A DNA stretch of 64,000 bases from Guillardia theta CCMP2712 (taxonomy: Eukaryota > Protista > Cryptophyta), in NCBI RefSeq assembly GCF_000315625.1, contig NW_005434605.1:362407-426406 (forward strand), given 5' to 3'. Both the position numbers and the translations under genes were made by a program. Numbering within the stretch: position 1 is the stretch's first letter; each line of letters opens with the position of its first letter. The notes under the pieces were generated by a model. That model was not told where the DNA came from. It ran no database searches and saw only the letters and a program-made list of their open reading frames with translations. Shown here in pieces: positions 1-10,194 of this stretch.

Positions 1-79
1 GCGAGGGTCGGGATCGGGATCAGGACGCGCTGTGTGCATGGCCTCGTTTCGTTCGGCTCCTCCCTCTCCTCCCCCCCAG

Positions 80-142
80 GTCAGCAGGCATGCCACAAGC
101 ACCGTCCTAGCGACCGCCGGCATTGCCCGACAATCTCAGTAA
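80..142 (+). CDS. Probable terminal exon of a gene starting before the window (VSRHATSTVLATAGIARQSQ*)
   Basis: A pyrimidine tract and CAG acceptor at 77-79 are followed by a short frame ending TAA at 140-142. The reading frame is not independently confirmed. Confidence 0.3.
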   Translation, partial: VSRHATSTVLATAGIARQSQ

Positions 143-351
143 GTTAACTGAAAGTTGGATAGTTGAGTAAAAGAATGAGTACACTTCCCCTGTCGGGGAA
201 CTGCCAGGGCAGGCCTGTGCGCGGCGAGAGAGGGAGAGGAGGGAGGGAGGAAGAAGAGGGAGAGAGGGAGAAAGGAAGAGGAGGAGGGAGGGAGGGAGGG
301 AGAGAGGGAGGAAGCGAGACGCTGATATCCTGAGATAGAGGCAGAGGGAGG

Positions 352-3113
352 ATGGGAGGAAAGATCGGGAAGCTTCTCCTTGCATCCACGTTGCTCCCCG
401 GGTTCGCCGGCATGACCTGCTGGGCGAGCGACCAGAGGAGGGGAAACGCTGTGATCCTGTCCCGCGACTACGAGAGGCTGGAGACGCTGGGAGCGCAAGG
501 ATCCCTCATGAGGGGGCACGAGGTGACCGGCAAGGCCCGCTGGCTTGGAGGGTGGAGGCTTGCAGCGGGGGTTTCTTATGAAGTGCTGCCGGAAACGGGG
601 AGCATGCGTGTGACGTGTAGCCGGGAGTCAGGGTGTGGGACAGACTTCTCGAGGGAGGACAGGCAGGTGAAGGTACCCCGAGCATGCTGCAGTTGCTTGA
701 CCTTCCCCGTGCAGAGAGAAATTTGGAGTTGGCAAGGGCTGGTGATGATGAACGTGACGCTGCCAGGTGACGTCCCGTACATCCTTAAGGTCTATGGAAG
801 TGCTCCAGAGCATCGGAAGGTGGGCGCAAGCGCAGGGCACCCCGAGCCGTTCCTTGCCTGTCCCATCGTTGTGTCCGAGAGCAAAAAAGTAGTAGGGAAA
901 CACTCACCCGCCTCCATGGTGCTGGTGGGAGGATGCCAGGTAAGAGGGGGGGTTGGCTCTTTCTGGGGGTTCTGATGCCCCTGTCTGCTTGCTAGTCTCC
1001 TCTCTCAGAGGACGGGAGCTTCGTCTCTACCTCCGCCTTCCGCACGCAGCAGGGATTGTTCACCAGGTCTCGGAGGACGCAAGTCTGCGGGGCCTTTGGC
1101 GATGACGACCCGCGCGCAGGTTTCACGTAGGAGTTCTCTTCAACGATCGAGCGAAGCAAGGAGATTCTTTCACGGTGGTCGACATGATCCTTCAAGTTGT
1201 CTTCGCGTTCCAGCCGGAAAACATCCAGATCGAACCAAAGAAGTTCTACGAGGACTCAAACCTGCTGGCACGTGGAAGAGAGGTTGCCTCGGGATTGCGC
1301 TGATGAGACGTTCCAGTCGGAGGCCGCGCGGGGAGAAAGGAACGAGCCAATCGACAAGCAATACATCGAGCTGCTGGCTGGCAGTTTCGCTTGCCCGGAC
1401 ATCATATCGTTGACGAGACGCCAGGTTGAGGTGCAGGTAGAGCAGGAGGAGGGGACCTTGTTCAAGGTCTCAAGGGTTGCTTTGTCTGCAGGAGATGTAT
1501 GACGGACTAGTGACAAGACTGAGGGGAACTACTCGACCGCTGCATTTCTACTCCTTCTACGGCCGAACCAGCAGGTGTCGTCACTCCATTCCTCCTCCCC
1601 CTCCTCAGGAGATTGATCCTCTCCAGCCACGATTGGGATCAGATCGTACGTATGCACGTTGGGAACTTGGGATACAAGGTGTCCCACCTCCTCCTCCTCC
1701 TCCTACTTCCGCTCCTTCTGAGCAAAGCGATCAGAGGGGAGACAGGGTCTTCGAAGCTGGATGTGCAGCAGGAGCTTTTCTTGAATCTATTGCTCGCCAG
1801 GTGCGGGCAGTCTCCTGTTCCCAGCTCCTCGTGACCTGGCGTGACCTTGATGCAGTACGGGTCCTACGTGGCTGGAGTCGACATTGCTGGCGCTTTGATC
1901 AATGTGATCCTCCCCCCCTGCGTGATGTTGGCTGACGCCAGACGCGCAGATAGCGCGTAGTCGCGTCCCGGGGCATTTTTGTGTGGCTGTGAGCTGAGTT
2001 GTGGCAAACCCCCGACAGGTGCTGATCCCCTTGAGCAGCCAGCGCAGAATCTCTCCTTCATCCGCAGGGAGACTTTCGATCACAGCCTGAGGTGCCGCCC
2101 CTTGCTGGCGAGCGGCTGCCCGTAACTCTCTGCCCCTGTCGCAGTTTCGGCGTCCTCACGTACGCGGAGCACGCGATCCAAGCCTGCGAGGTGGCGCGCG
2201 AGCTGGTGCGCGTCACCAAACCAGGTGGGCAGAGAGCAGAGGGATGAAGGAGAGGACGATATCTCAACGGGTCCCGCAGGCGGGACGATCTTCTTAGGCC
2301 AGCTCAACGACCCTGACATGGCTCCCTACCGCCCTGAGCAGATGCAAGGCAGCACCGGGGTACCTCCCGACTTGTGGTGAGCAGCAGCGCAGGTTCTTCC
2401 CCTCCCCCGCTGACGCCGCCGGCAGGTTCAAGTTTGCGCTCGCTCTTGACCTGGAGGTGGATGTTGCGAGAGGGGAGGAGGTGTACTCGCGCCGGGTCAT
2501 CCCCGACCTGGAGCACTACGACCTGCATGCCTACTACCGCTACAACGTCTACCTCAGGTCCCACCTCCCCCTTTCTCTCAGCTCTCACGCGCAGCCGGCA
2601 GGAAGAGAAGGGAGCAGGAGACAGGCAGGAGGGGGAGGCCGCTGGACGTGGACTGCGGCGCCTTTCGCTCCGAAAGGTGCGCCTCCTCCCTGCCCCGTCT
2701 TGCCATTTCTCAACAGTCGTGTGCAGGTCGATGGAGCGATACACGGTGGACGGCAGAGGATGCGCCATCCCGTTCCGGTACAGGTGAAGCCAGGAGGAGC
2801 CGCCATAGTGGTTTCTCCTCAGCTTGACGCTAGAGTTGCCAGGAACGTCCTCTTCGACGACTGCACCCTTGTGGAGAGGGGGGTAGGAGAGTGGTGCTGT
2901 ACCGACCAGGAGGTTTGCCTGAATGCACCTGCTTCCTCTTGCTCATGGTCCCCTGCAGTGCAACACTACCAACTGGAGAGAGTGTGCTCCTGTCTACCGG
3001 AGACAAGCCTGAACAGCAGCACGCCAACCTCTAGACCCATCCTATCTCAAAAGCCAGCTCATCCCATTTCAAGTGAGCTGGCTGGTTCTCCCAGAAGCAG
3101 AAAGGTTGCTTGA
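352..3113 (+). CDS. Multi-exon protein with class I SAM-dependent methyltransferase domain and possible N-terminal signal peptide
   Basis: Joined exons give motif I GDRVFEAGCAAGAFL (~1738), then VAGVDIAGALI, ETFDHSLSFGVLTY and RELVRVTKPGGTIFLG. The N-terminus MGGKIGKLLLASTLLPGFAG is hydrophobic. Start and end are approximate. Confidence 0.65.
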
Positions 3114-3861
3114 CGTCATCGCAAAGACACGACAATTTGTGAAAAGGTTTCACCCACTAACTTGAAAGAATGGAGTCGTCAAAAAGGTCTCCGAAGGAAT
3201 TGAAGAAGTTAGTGTCGATGTCCACCTATGCAACATTCGTCACAGGGCAGACAGGACAGCATGCCATCATGCTGAGCAAACCACATACCAATCGCACAGA
3301 ACAAGCTACACTATAGAAAAGATCATGTTTGCAATCAATTAACATCAACTTGATGCTGAGAATTTCGATGGGAAAACAAGAGCACGTCACAGCATGAAGG
3401 AGAGGAGAGGAGGACAGGTGGCATTCTCTCTCCCTACAACTCTTAAATCACTTTGTCTCACCTTGTCGCCCGTGTCCACGTCCTGCATGCTCATCTCCGG
3501 ATCAAGCTGCATCTCCGCGTCCTCTATCCCCTCCACCTCCATCCCCTTCCCTCGACCGCGCAGCCGCTGCATACCCGGTCAATCACTCAGCACTACCCTA
3601 CCCCTTCATTTAGCCTCGAGTTCCTATGGAGTACCCACCCCTATTAACCACATCACCCGATCCACCCCCTGCTCTCATCCACTACCCCCAGAACTCATCT
3701 GTTGGTACCCCTCATACCCTGTTTCTACACGCGACATCAGTACCCCTTCAATTACTATTGATTACCCACCCTTATCCCTCCACCCACTTCCCAATCGAGT
3801 GATGACCCCTCCTTTAGCCACAAGCTCACCCCACCCCCCTCGTCCACTCTAAGGTGTAACA

Positions 3862-5279
3862 ATGGTGGCTCGCGCGATCCTCTCTTTCGTCGCGCTCTTC
3901 GGCGCCGCCCATGCCTTTCAGCTCGGGACTCCCGTGCGCCATGGCCTCTCCTCCTCCTCTTCTCCTCTCCTCCGCACTTGCCTTCACCGTTCGGCTTCTT
4001 CCTCTGCACCGACGGTCTCCCCTCGCCTGCGAAGCCTTCGCATGGCTGACGAGGCCAGGGCAGTGGGATCTCGCGATTCCGGACGACACATGGAGGACAC
4101 GAGCGAGAGGAGCGAGGCAGTCAGCGACATCTACAAGCCGTTCTGGGAATGGGCGGCCAAGACCATCAAGGAAAGACTGGGAGACGACCTTGTCTCCTAC
4201 CCGATCCCCGACGGATATCTAAGGAAAGAAGCCATGGTCGGCAAGGGGAAGAGAGAGAGCCTGGCCTGGACGCAAAGTTACGGATACCAGACTAAAAAGA
4301 TGAGGCAGATCCGAGCCGCGCACGTCAATGGAGGAGCTTCCCTTCAGGTCCTGCTCTTTCTGTGATGCACATACTCTTGATAGTTCCCTCAGGTGCTGAA
4401 CCTTGTGTTCTTCCCGCACATGAACTACGACTTGCCCTTCCTCGGACTAGATCTGGTGACCCTTCCCGGCGGTCACCTCATCGCCATCGACATGCAGCCG
4501 CTGTTTCAAACTGAGGAGTACAAGAAGAAGTACGCCGAGCCATGCATGGACATGTATCAGAAGCACGTGAAGAACTTGCCATGGGGGGGAGACTTCCCTG
4601 AGGAGGCGAAGCAGTACTTCTCCCCCGTTTTCTTGTGGACAAGACCGCAAGAAGACAAGCAGGTGTGGCCTTGACTGGCAGCGTAGGGAGGAGAGGCTGA
4701 TGCATAGATGTTGCAGGTAGAGACATATGTGTTTGAAGCCTTCAAGGATTATATCAACAAGTATCTCGACTTTGTCGAGGCTGCAAAGGTTGACGATGAT
4801 TCTGCCTGTTTCTGATGTGTCGTGGTGTATCATTTTGCTCACATGTTTTGTTTGTGTCGTCATGTATGATTGCTCTGCGAGGCTCTTCAGCATGATGATC
4901 TTTTCTCACCCTAACGGTTGCTGCAGCCAGTGACCGATCCTGATCATCTAGCTCGCATTCGCGAGCGCCAGCTCTCATACCTGCAGTACAGAGCAGAGAA
5001 GGATCCAGGTAGCCACGTCATGTTGTCTCGTGCTCATGCTCCCTGACGCCGCTCGCTCCCCTCCCCCGCAGCACGAGGAATGTTCACTCGCATGTATGGA
5101 CCTGAATGGACCGAGCGCTACATCCATGGCTTCCTCTTCGACCTGGAGGTGATGGCGACCATTGGATCTTATCGTGTCTCTCATGTCCTCCGCAGGAGAA
5201 GATGGAGAGCGGCGAGTACAAGACAGGGGAGTTGCTCCCATGCTCGGACCCCCTCAACTTCCAGCCCACGCCCCTCTGA
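3862..5279 (+). CDS. PEBB: Phycoerythrobilin:ferredoxin oxidoreductase (ferredoxin-dependent bilin reductase), plastid-targeted, 6 exons
   Basis: Exons 3862-4347, 4393-4662, 4717-4788, 4927-5008, 5072-5148 and 5196-5279, all with GT-AG introns. PebB signature [51 protein letters not shown] and [28 protein letters not shown]. Signal peptide ends AHA-F and is followed by a Ser/Arg-rich transit peptide. Confidence 0.95.
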
Positions 5280-5540
5280 ACGCCTCAAGGAAGAGCGGCC
5301 GTATCAGCGGAAGATGCGTTTATTAGCATCAGTTGAAGTTTGTAACATCAGATGAGACCTCTGGCTTCACCAGAATCCGAAAAAACAAAAAGGGATTCGA
5401 CGAAATCAAAATGTATCCCGAGAAAAAGGTCAAAAAGGTCAAAAAGAGCAGTGAAAGCTCTGAAGCTCTCCATTGAAGGTTGGCCATCAGGGAGCACAAG
5501 AATGTGTGTGTGAGTGAACAATGGCACGAAGCCGCAAACG

Positions 5541-6602
5541 TCATTGAATTGCGGGATTCTTCTTCTTGGTCGGAGCAGCAGCCTCTTTGAGCTTCTCTTT
5601 CTCCTGCTCGAGCTGCATCCAACCCCGACCATTTGCCAGCTGCTTCCTCCTTGCAATCGCCTCTGCCTGGCTTTGCCAGTAGAGCGTCAGCACGTTGGTC
5701 TGTGAGAGCTGTAGCGGCAAGGTCAGGTTGTTGCCTCCTCGCGCAGCCGTCTCTGCCACATCATCACCTGCTTCGGTGGTCCGACAATGCGAACAGAGAA
5801 GAGTCCAAGGGCACCGAACTACTCGAGCAAGTCAGAGGCGCTGCCAGCTCTGTCTTCAGTCCTCCTCACCCGCGACCTGAACGCCCTGTGCGCCTCCGGG
5901 GACCGCAGGTCCTCCGCCATGATGATCTTCGAGTCCGGGGCGGCCACCGCGCACATGGAGTCGAGCAAGGCAGCATGGATGGAGGTGCCGTAGGTGATGT
6001 CAGCTCCGCACACGATGTCATACCCCTCCCCGCCAGCGAGCTGACTCAACTGAGACGATTGGGAGCGTCAGTCAGAACTCGCACAACACGCAGGAGAAGC
6101 TTGCTCGTACCTTGTCAACATCACTCCAGTCGACCTCGAGGACTTCTACCTTTCCCGTCAGAGCAGCGCATCCCTCGGGGAGGATCGACTGCCCTTGTTG
6201 CCGCGCAGCCTCCAGGAAGATCTCCACGTTCTGCCTCAACATCGGGAGCACCTCCTCCTTGTCCGTCAGGACGACCCGCTCGCACCCGAGTGCCGCCATC
6301 GTCAACCCCACAAGGCCCGCGCATCCGGACCCCAGCTCTATCACGCTCCTTCCTCTCAGGCCCTCAGGTCCAAACTCATGAGAAGCTCCTGGCGCTCCAG
6401 CCTGGAGGTATTGCGAGAGCACCACGGACGAGTTCCAGATCGTCGAGCCGATCATCATCCCCTTCTCCTGGATCTCCATGGAGCCCTTGAACTGCTGCAC
6501 TCTGAAGGAGATGCCGCATATCTGTATGTCTTTTTCCTCCTCGTTGTGCATTGTGTCGAAGGCTATCTTCATCTCTCCGTCGGCGAACAGATCGAGCATC
6601 AT
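5541..6602 (-). CDS. METTL21/Methyltransf_16-family protein-lysine methyltransferase (multi-exon)
   Basis: GSTIWNSSVVLSQYL, GRSVIELGSGCAGLVGL, VVLTD..VLPMLRQNV, VLEVDW and YDIVCGADITY. The last exon ends KKKNPAIQ* at 5541. Confidence 0.85.
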
Positions 6603-7307
6603 GTTGCCTGACTCTGCTGAGAACAAGTGCTCGATGCCACCAACGGGATGCTCGAGAGAAGTCTTGACCTTCTTCGCGTCCTCCTCTCTCTTGCTCTTGC
6701 TCCTTCTCCCGCTCCTCCACTAGCTTGTTCAGTGCTCGCCTATCCAATCCTGCTCAGTCGACTAGCCTACTAGGGCCCACGAGCCCCCGAAACTTAAAAC
6801 TCTCCTGCAGGATTCTAAAACTATTTTCACTAATCCTCCTACAGATTTGTACTGAGAATCTGTGTAAAACTATTTTAAATAATTATAAATCAAAAACACT
6901 TTTCCCTCTGGCCATCAGCTCCAAAGGCGCCCCCTAGGCAGAGTTCCCTACGCAGACTATGAACTGAGGTCGTAGATAGGTCCTAGAAAGATAAGGAAAA
7001 AGGCCTAGGAGGTACTACCCCCTCAATGTTCTACTGTTGGAGGGATAAGCACTCACCCCCCTTCATCACTGAAAAAGGACCCCTACATGACCTAGTACCC
7101 TTCTGGCTCACCACCCCCTATAAGAGAGCGAAACTATTCAAGTACCCCTGCTCTATCAATATGACCCCTACTTTTCATATGAAAAAAAGGGGTAATAGAG
7201 TACCCTCAAGGGCATGACCCAAGATTTTCCATCCCCTGTACCCCCTGGACACACCTGAGGCCCTCATCCCCGTACCACACCTGCCTGGAGGTACCGCACG
7301 TGCGATC

Positions 7308-9059
7308 ATGGCGCGAGCGCCGAAGAAGAAGGGGAAGACGGGGGAGGCAGCGAGCTACGTGACGAGGAACCAGGCGATCAAGAAGCTGCAGGTGACGCTG
7401 GGAGACTTCCGGCGCCTCTGCATCCTCAAGGGGGTCTACCCCAGAGATCCCAAGAAGAAGGCCAAGGGCAAGGACAAGACTTACTACGCCACCAAGGACA
7501 TCTTGTTCCTTCTGCACGAGCCTGTGCTGTCAAAGCTGAGAGACATCAGGGCACACAAGAGGAAGATTATCAAGGCGAAGTCGAAGAAAGATTTTGTGCT
7601 GGTCGAGTACCTGGATAAGCGCAAACCCTTCTACTTGCTCGACCGTCTTGTGAAAGAGAGGTTCCCTACCTTCACGGATGCTGTGCGCGACATGGACGAC
7701 GCTCTGTCAATGGCAACCTTGTTCTCCAATCTCCCAAGCACAAACTTGATTCAAAGCAAGCGAACGTTGAACTGCAGGCGTCTCTGTCTCGAGTTCTTCA
7801 ACTACGTCGCCCTGTCACATTCTCTGAGAAAGGTCTTCTTGTCCATCAAGGGATGTTACTTCCAAGCAGAAGTGCAAGGGCAGTCAGTGACGTGGCTCGT
7901 TCCTTACAACTTCGTGCAGGAAGTTCCCCCCGACATCGACTACCGCGTGATGATGACCTTCCTTGAGTTCTACGAGACCCAACTTCACTTCATCAATTTC
8001 CGCCTGTACAACACGCTCGGGCTCAAGTATCCGCCCCAGGTTGATTTGCAGAAAAGCGACGCAAACTTGGGCATCAATGCCTTTCTTCTTGAGCAGATCT
8101 CTTCGGAAGACCCAGAGGCTACTCCAGCAGCCCCTGATGCAGCCAAGACTGTCACGGCACAAAAGAAAGCTTCTAATGGGGAGAAGAAGCAGCAGCAGGC
8201 TAAGATCAAGTCGCTGCAGGAGAAGATGCAGGACATTCTTGAGAACGAGAACGAATCAAAGTCGCAGGAGGACGTTGGGGAGGACATCAATGCTGACCTC
8301 GAGGACGAGGAGGCCGAGGAGGAGGAACAGGAGCAAGGGACTGAGACCCTCCTCTTCAAGAAGCTCAAGTTCTTCTTGTCAAGGGAAGTCCCCCGAGCTC
8401 TCCTGGAGCTGATGATCAAGTCCTTTGGAGGAGCTGTGGGGTGGGAGGGGCCCGGAAGTCCCTTCCCTGAGAGCGACGAGTCCATCACCCACCAGGTGGT
8501 AGACAGAGACACTCAGCGACACATGTTCCTGAGCCGCGAGTACGTCCAGCCTCAGTGGGTCGCAGACAGCTGCAACGCTGGCTTGCTTCTCCCTGTGGAG
8601 GAGTACGGGCCCGGAGTCTGTCCTCCTCCGCATCTTTCGCCCTTCGTGGATGATGAGGAGGAAGGATACCTGCCGGAGCGGCGCAGGTTCATCCTGTCGC
8701 TGCAGGAGAAGTCGAAGAACCATGCTGGAGCTTTCGATGACATGCCACAGGACCCTGCAGAAGGCGATGAGGCAGATGCCAAGATGAAGGATGAGGACGA
8801 GGAAGAAGAGGACGAGGAAGAGGACGAGGAGGTTGACGCTGCTGAAGCGCAATATCAGAGCGAGTTGGCAAAGGAGTCAGGCAAGGAGGAAGCAATATCA
8901 GCGCCCAAGTCGACGAAGACCAAGAAGACTAAGGCAGAAATCGAAGAGGAGCGAGCTAGGATGATGATGTCGAAGAAGGACAGACGGCTGTACGATAAGA
9001 TTATGTTCGCCAAGGAGAGGAAGCGTCAGAGGGTGCAGAGGTTGGAGAACAAGAAGTAA
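7308..9059 (+). CDS. PES1: Pescadillo/NOP7 ribosome biogenesis protein (BRCT domain), single exon
   Basis: YVTRNQAIKKLQVTLGDFRRLCILKGVYPR, DYRVMMTFLEFY, BRCT FFLSREVP..YVQPQWVADSCN, PPHLSPFVD, and an acidic/basic tail. Confidence 0.97.
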   Translation: MARAPKKKGKTGEAASYVTRNQAIKKLQVTLGDFRRLCILKGVYPRDPKKKAKGKDKTYYATKDILFLLHEPVLSKLRDIRAHKRKIIKAKSKKDFVLVEYLDKRKPFYLLDRLVKERFPTFTDAVRDMDDALSMATLFSNLPSTNLIQSKRTLNCRRLCLEFFNYVALSHSLRKVFLSIKGCYFQAEVQGQSVTWLVPYNFVQEVPPDIDYRVMMTFLEFYETQLHFINFRLYNTLGLKYPPQVDLQKSDANLGINAFLLEQISSEDPEATPAAPDAAKTVTAQKKASNGEKKQQQAKIKSLQEKMQDILENENESKSQEDVGEDINADLEDEEAEEEEQEQGTETLLFKKLKFFLSREVPRALLELMIKSFGGAVGWEGPGSPFPESDESITHQVVDRDTQRHMFLSREYVQPQWVADSCNAGLLLPVEEYGPGVCPPPHLSPFVDDEEEGYLPERRRFILSLQEKSKNHAGAFDDMPQDPAEGDEADAKMKDEDEEEEDEEEDEEVDAAEAQYQSELAKESGKEEAISAPKSTKTKKTKAEIEEERARMMMSKKDRRLYDKIMFAKERKRQRVQRLENKK

Positions 9060-9608
9060 GATGAGACAACATGCGCGCTCCTACAGACAGACTGTTATTG
9101 TTTCTAGAAAACTTGAGTTTTCATGCCTTGCCATGCACGAGCCAGAGATGTCATCAAAGACGATCGTGTTGTTCATAAAGTGGAAGAAGTAAAGTTTGAC
9201 ACAATAGTTGCCATTTGGGTCCTTACTTACACTCCACAAAAAGAAAATACTCTAAGAGCACACACTCATCTCTGTCGGCCGGAATGGGGAAATACAAAAA
9301 TCATGGAACGCGGAAACTACAGTCATCCTGTATGATCAATCTTAATGTGATAGCGCCTTGGAGAGAACATAAACTAAGACAATAACTTGAGGCTAAGCAT
9401 TTAAAGTAATTCACCATTCCACAAGATTGGAGCCAACTTGGAAAATCATCTAGCCCTTCAACAATGCAATACATCTGGAGATGAAGCATGGCCCTCCGTA
9501 GCTTCGTAAGGTTGCCCGCCATGTTATAGAAGATATTCGCAAGTCAGCAAATGAGAAACTTTGCCGCCAATTACACTACATCATTGCAAACAGAGACAAT
9601 TTCTGGGA

Positions 9609-10194
9609 TTAAGCTCCTCCAAGGCTTTCTTCCGTCAGTCTTCTCACCCTCTTATTGTATGCTTTTCTGTCCTGGAGAAACAGCTCCGCAGCTTCTGGGT
9701 TTGCTGGGCTTCCACAATTCGGATCCGTCAAGAGCGACTGAATAGAGGTTAATACAGAGCTGACTGTGTATGAAGGACTCCATTTGTTCTGAATGATGTC
9801 CAGGCACAAAGTTCCATCTTGATAGACTGCAAAAATCGAATTAGTTTCAAGCCCAGGCCAGGAGACAAGGACATGCAGAACAAACAACCTACCGTTAGGG
9901 TGAAAAACTTTTGTTGTAAAGCGAACTTTCGGGGGCTTATCTGGATACTGATCGCAGAAGGTCATCCGCAAGCTGAATATTCCCCCTTCCCAAGGCGTAT
10001 CTGCTGGCCCAAAGATTGTCGCTGTCCAAACAAAAATATTTTCTTCACTAAGGGGTGCCGCACTTGCTCCCTACAAAGCATACATCACAAAATCGCAGAG
10101 GTTTATGGTGACATGCTCGACTCACCTCTGGCGCATCTTTTTGCATTTCACGAAGATCACTCATTAAACGCAAGGTTGCGGCATTCTGCGACAT
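9609..10194 (-). CDS. UBC2: Ubiquitin-conjugating enzyme E2, RAD6/UBC2 type, 3 exons
   Basis: Spliced MSQNAATLRLMSDLREMQKDAPE|GASAAP..WTATIFGPADTPWEGGIF..YPDKPPKVRF..FHPN|VYQDGTLCLDIIQNKWSP..SIQSLL.DPN..SPANPEAA. The catalytic Cys is present. Confidence 0.9.

Noticed and set aside
352-6602. A bilin/phycobiliprotein gene cluster (PEBB flanked by two methyltransferases)
   Set aside because: The downstream enzyme is a METTL21 type with no plastid leader, and the upstream one shows no evidence of being a CpcM-like enzyme. Adjacency in a gene-dense eukaryote is weak evidence.
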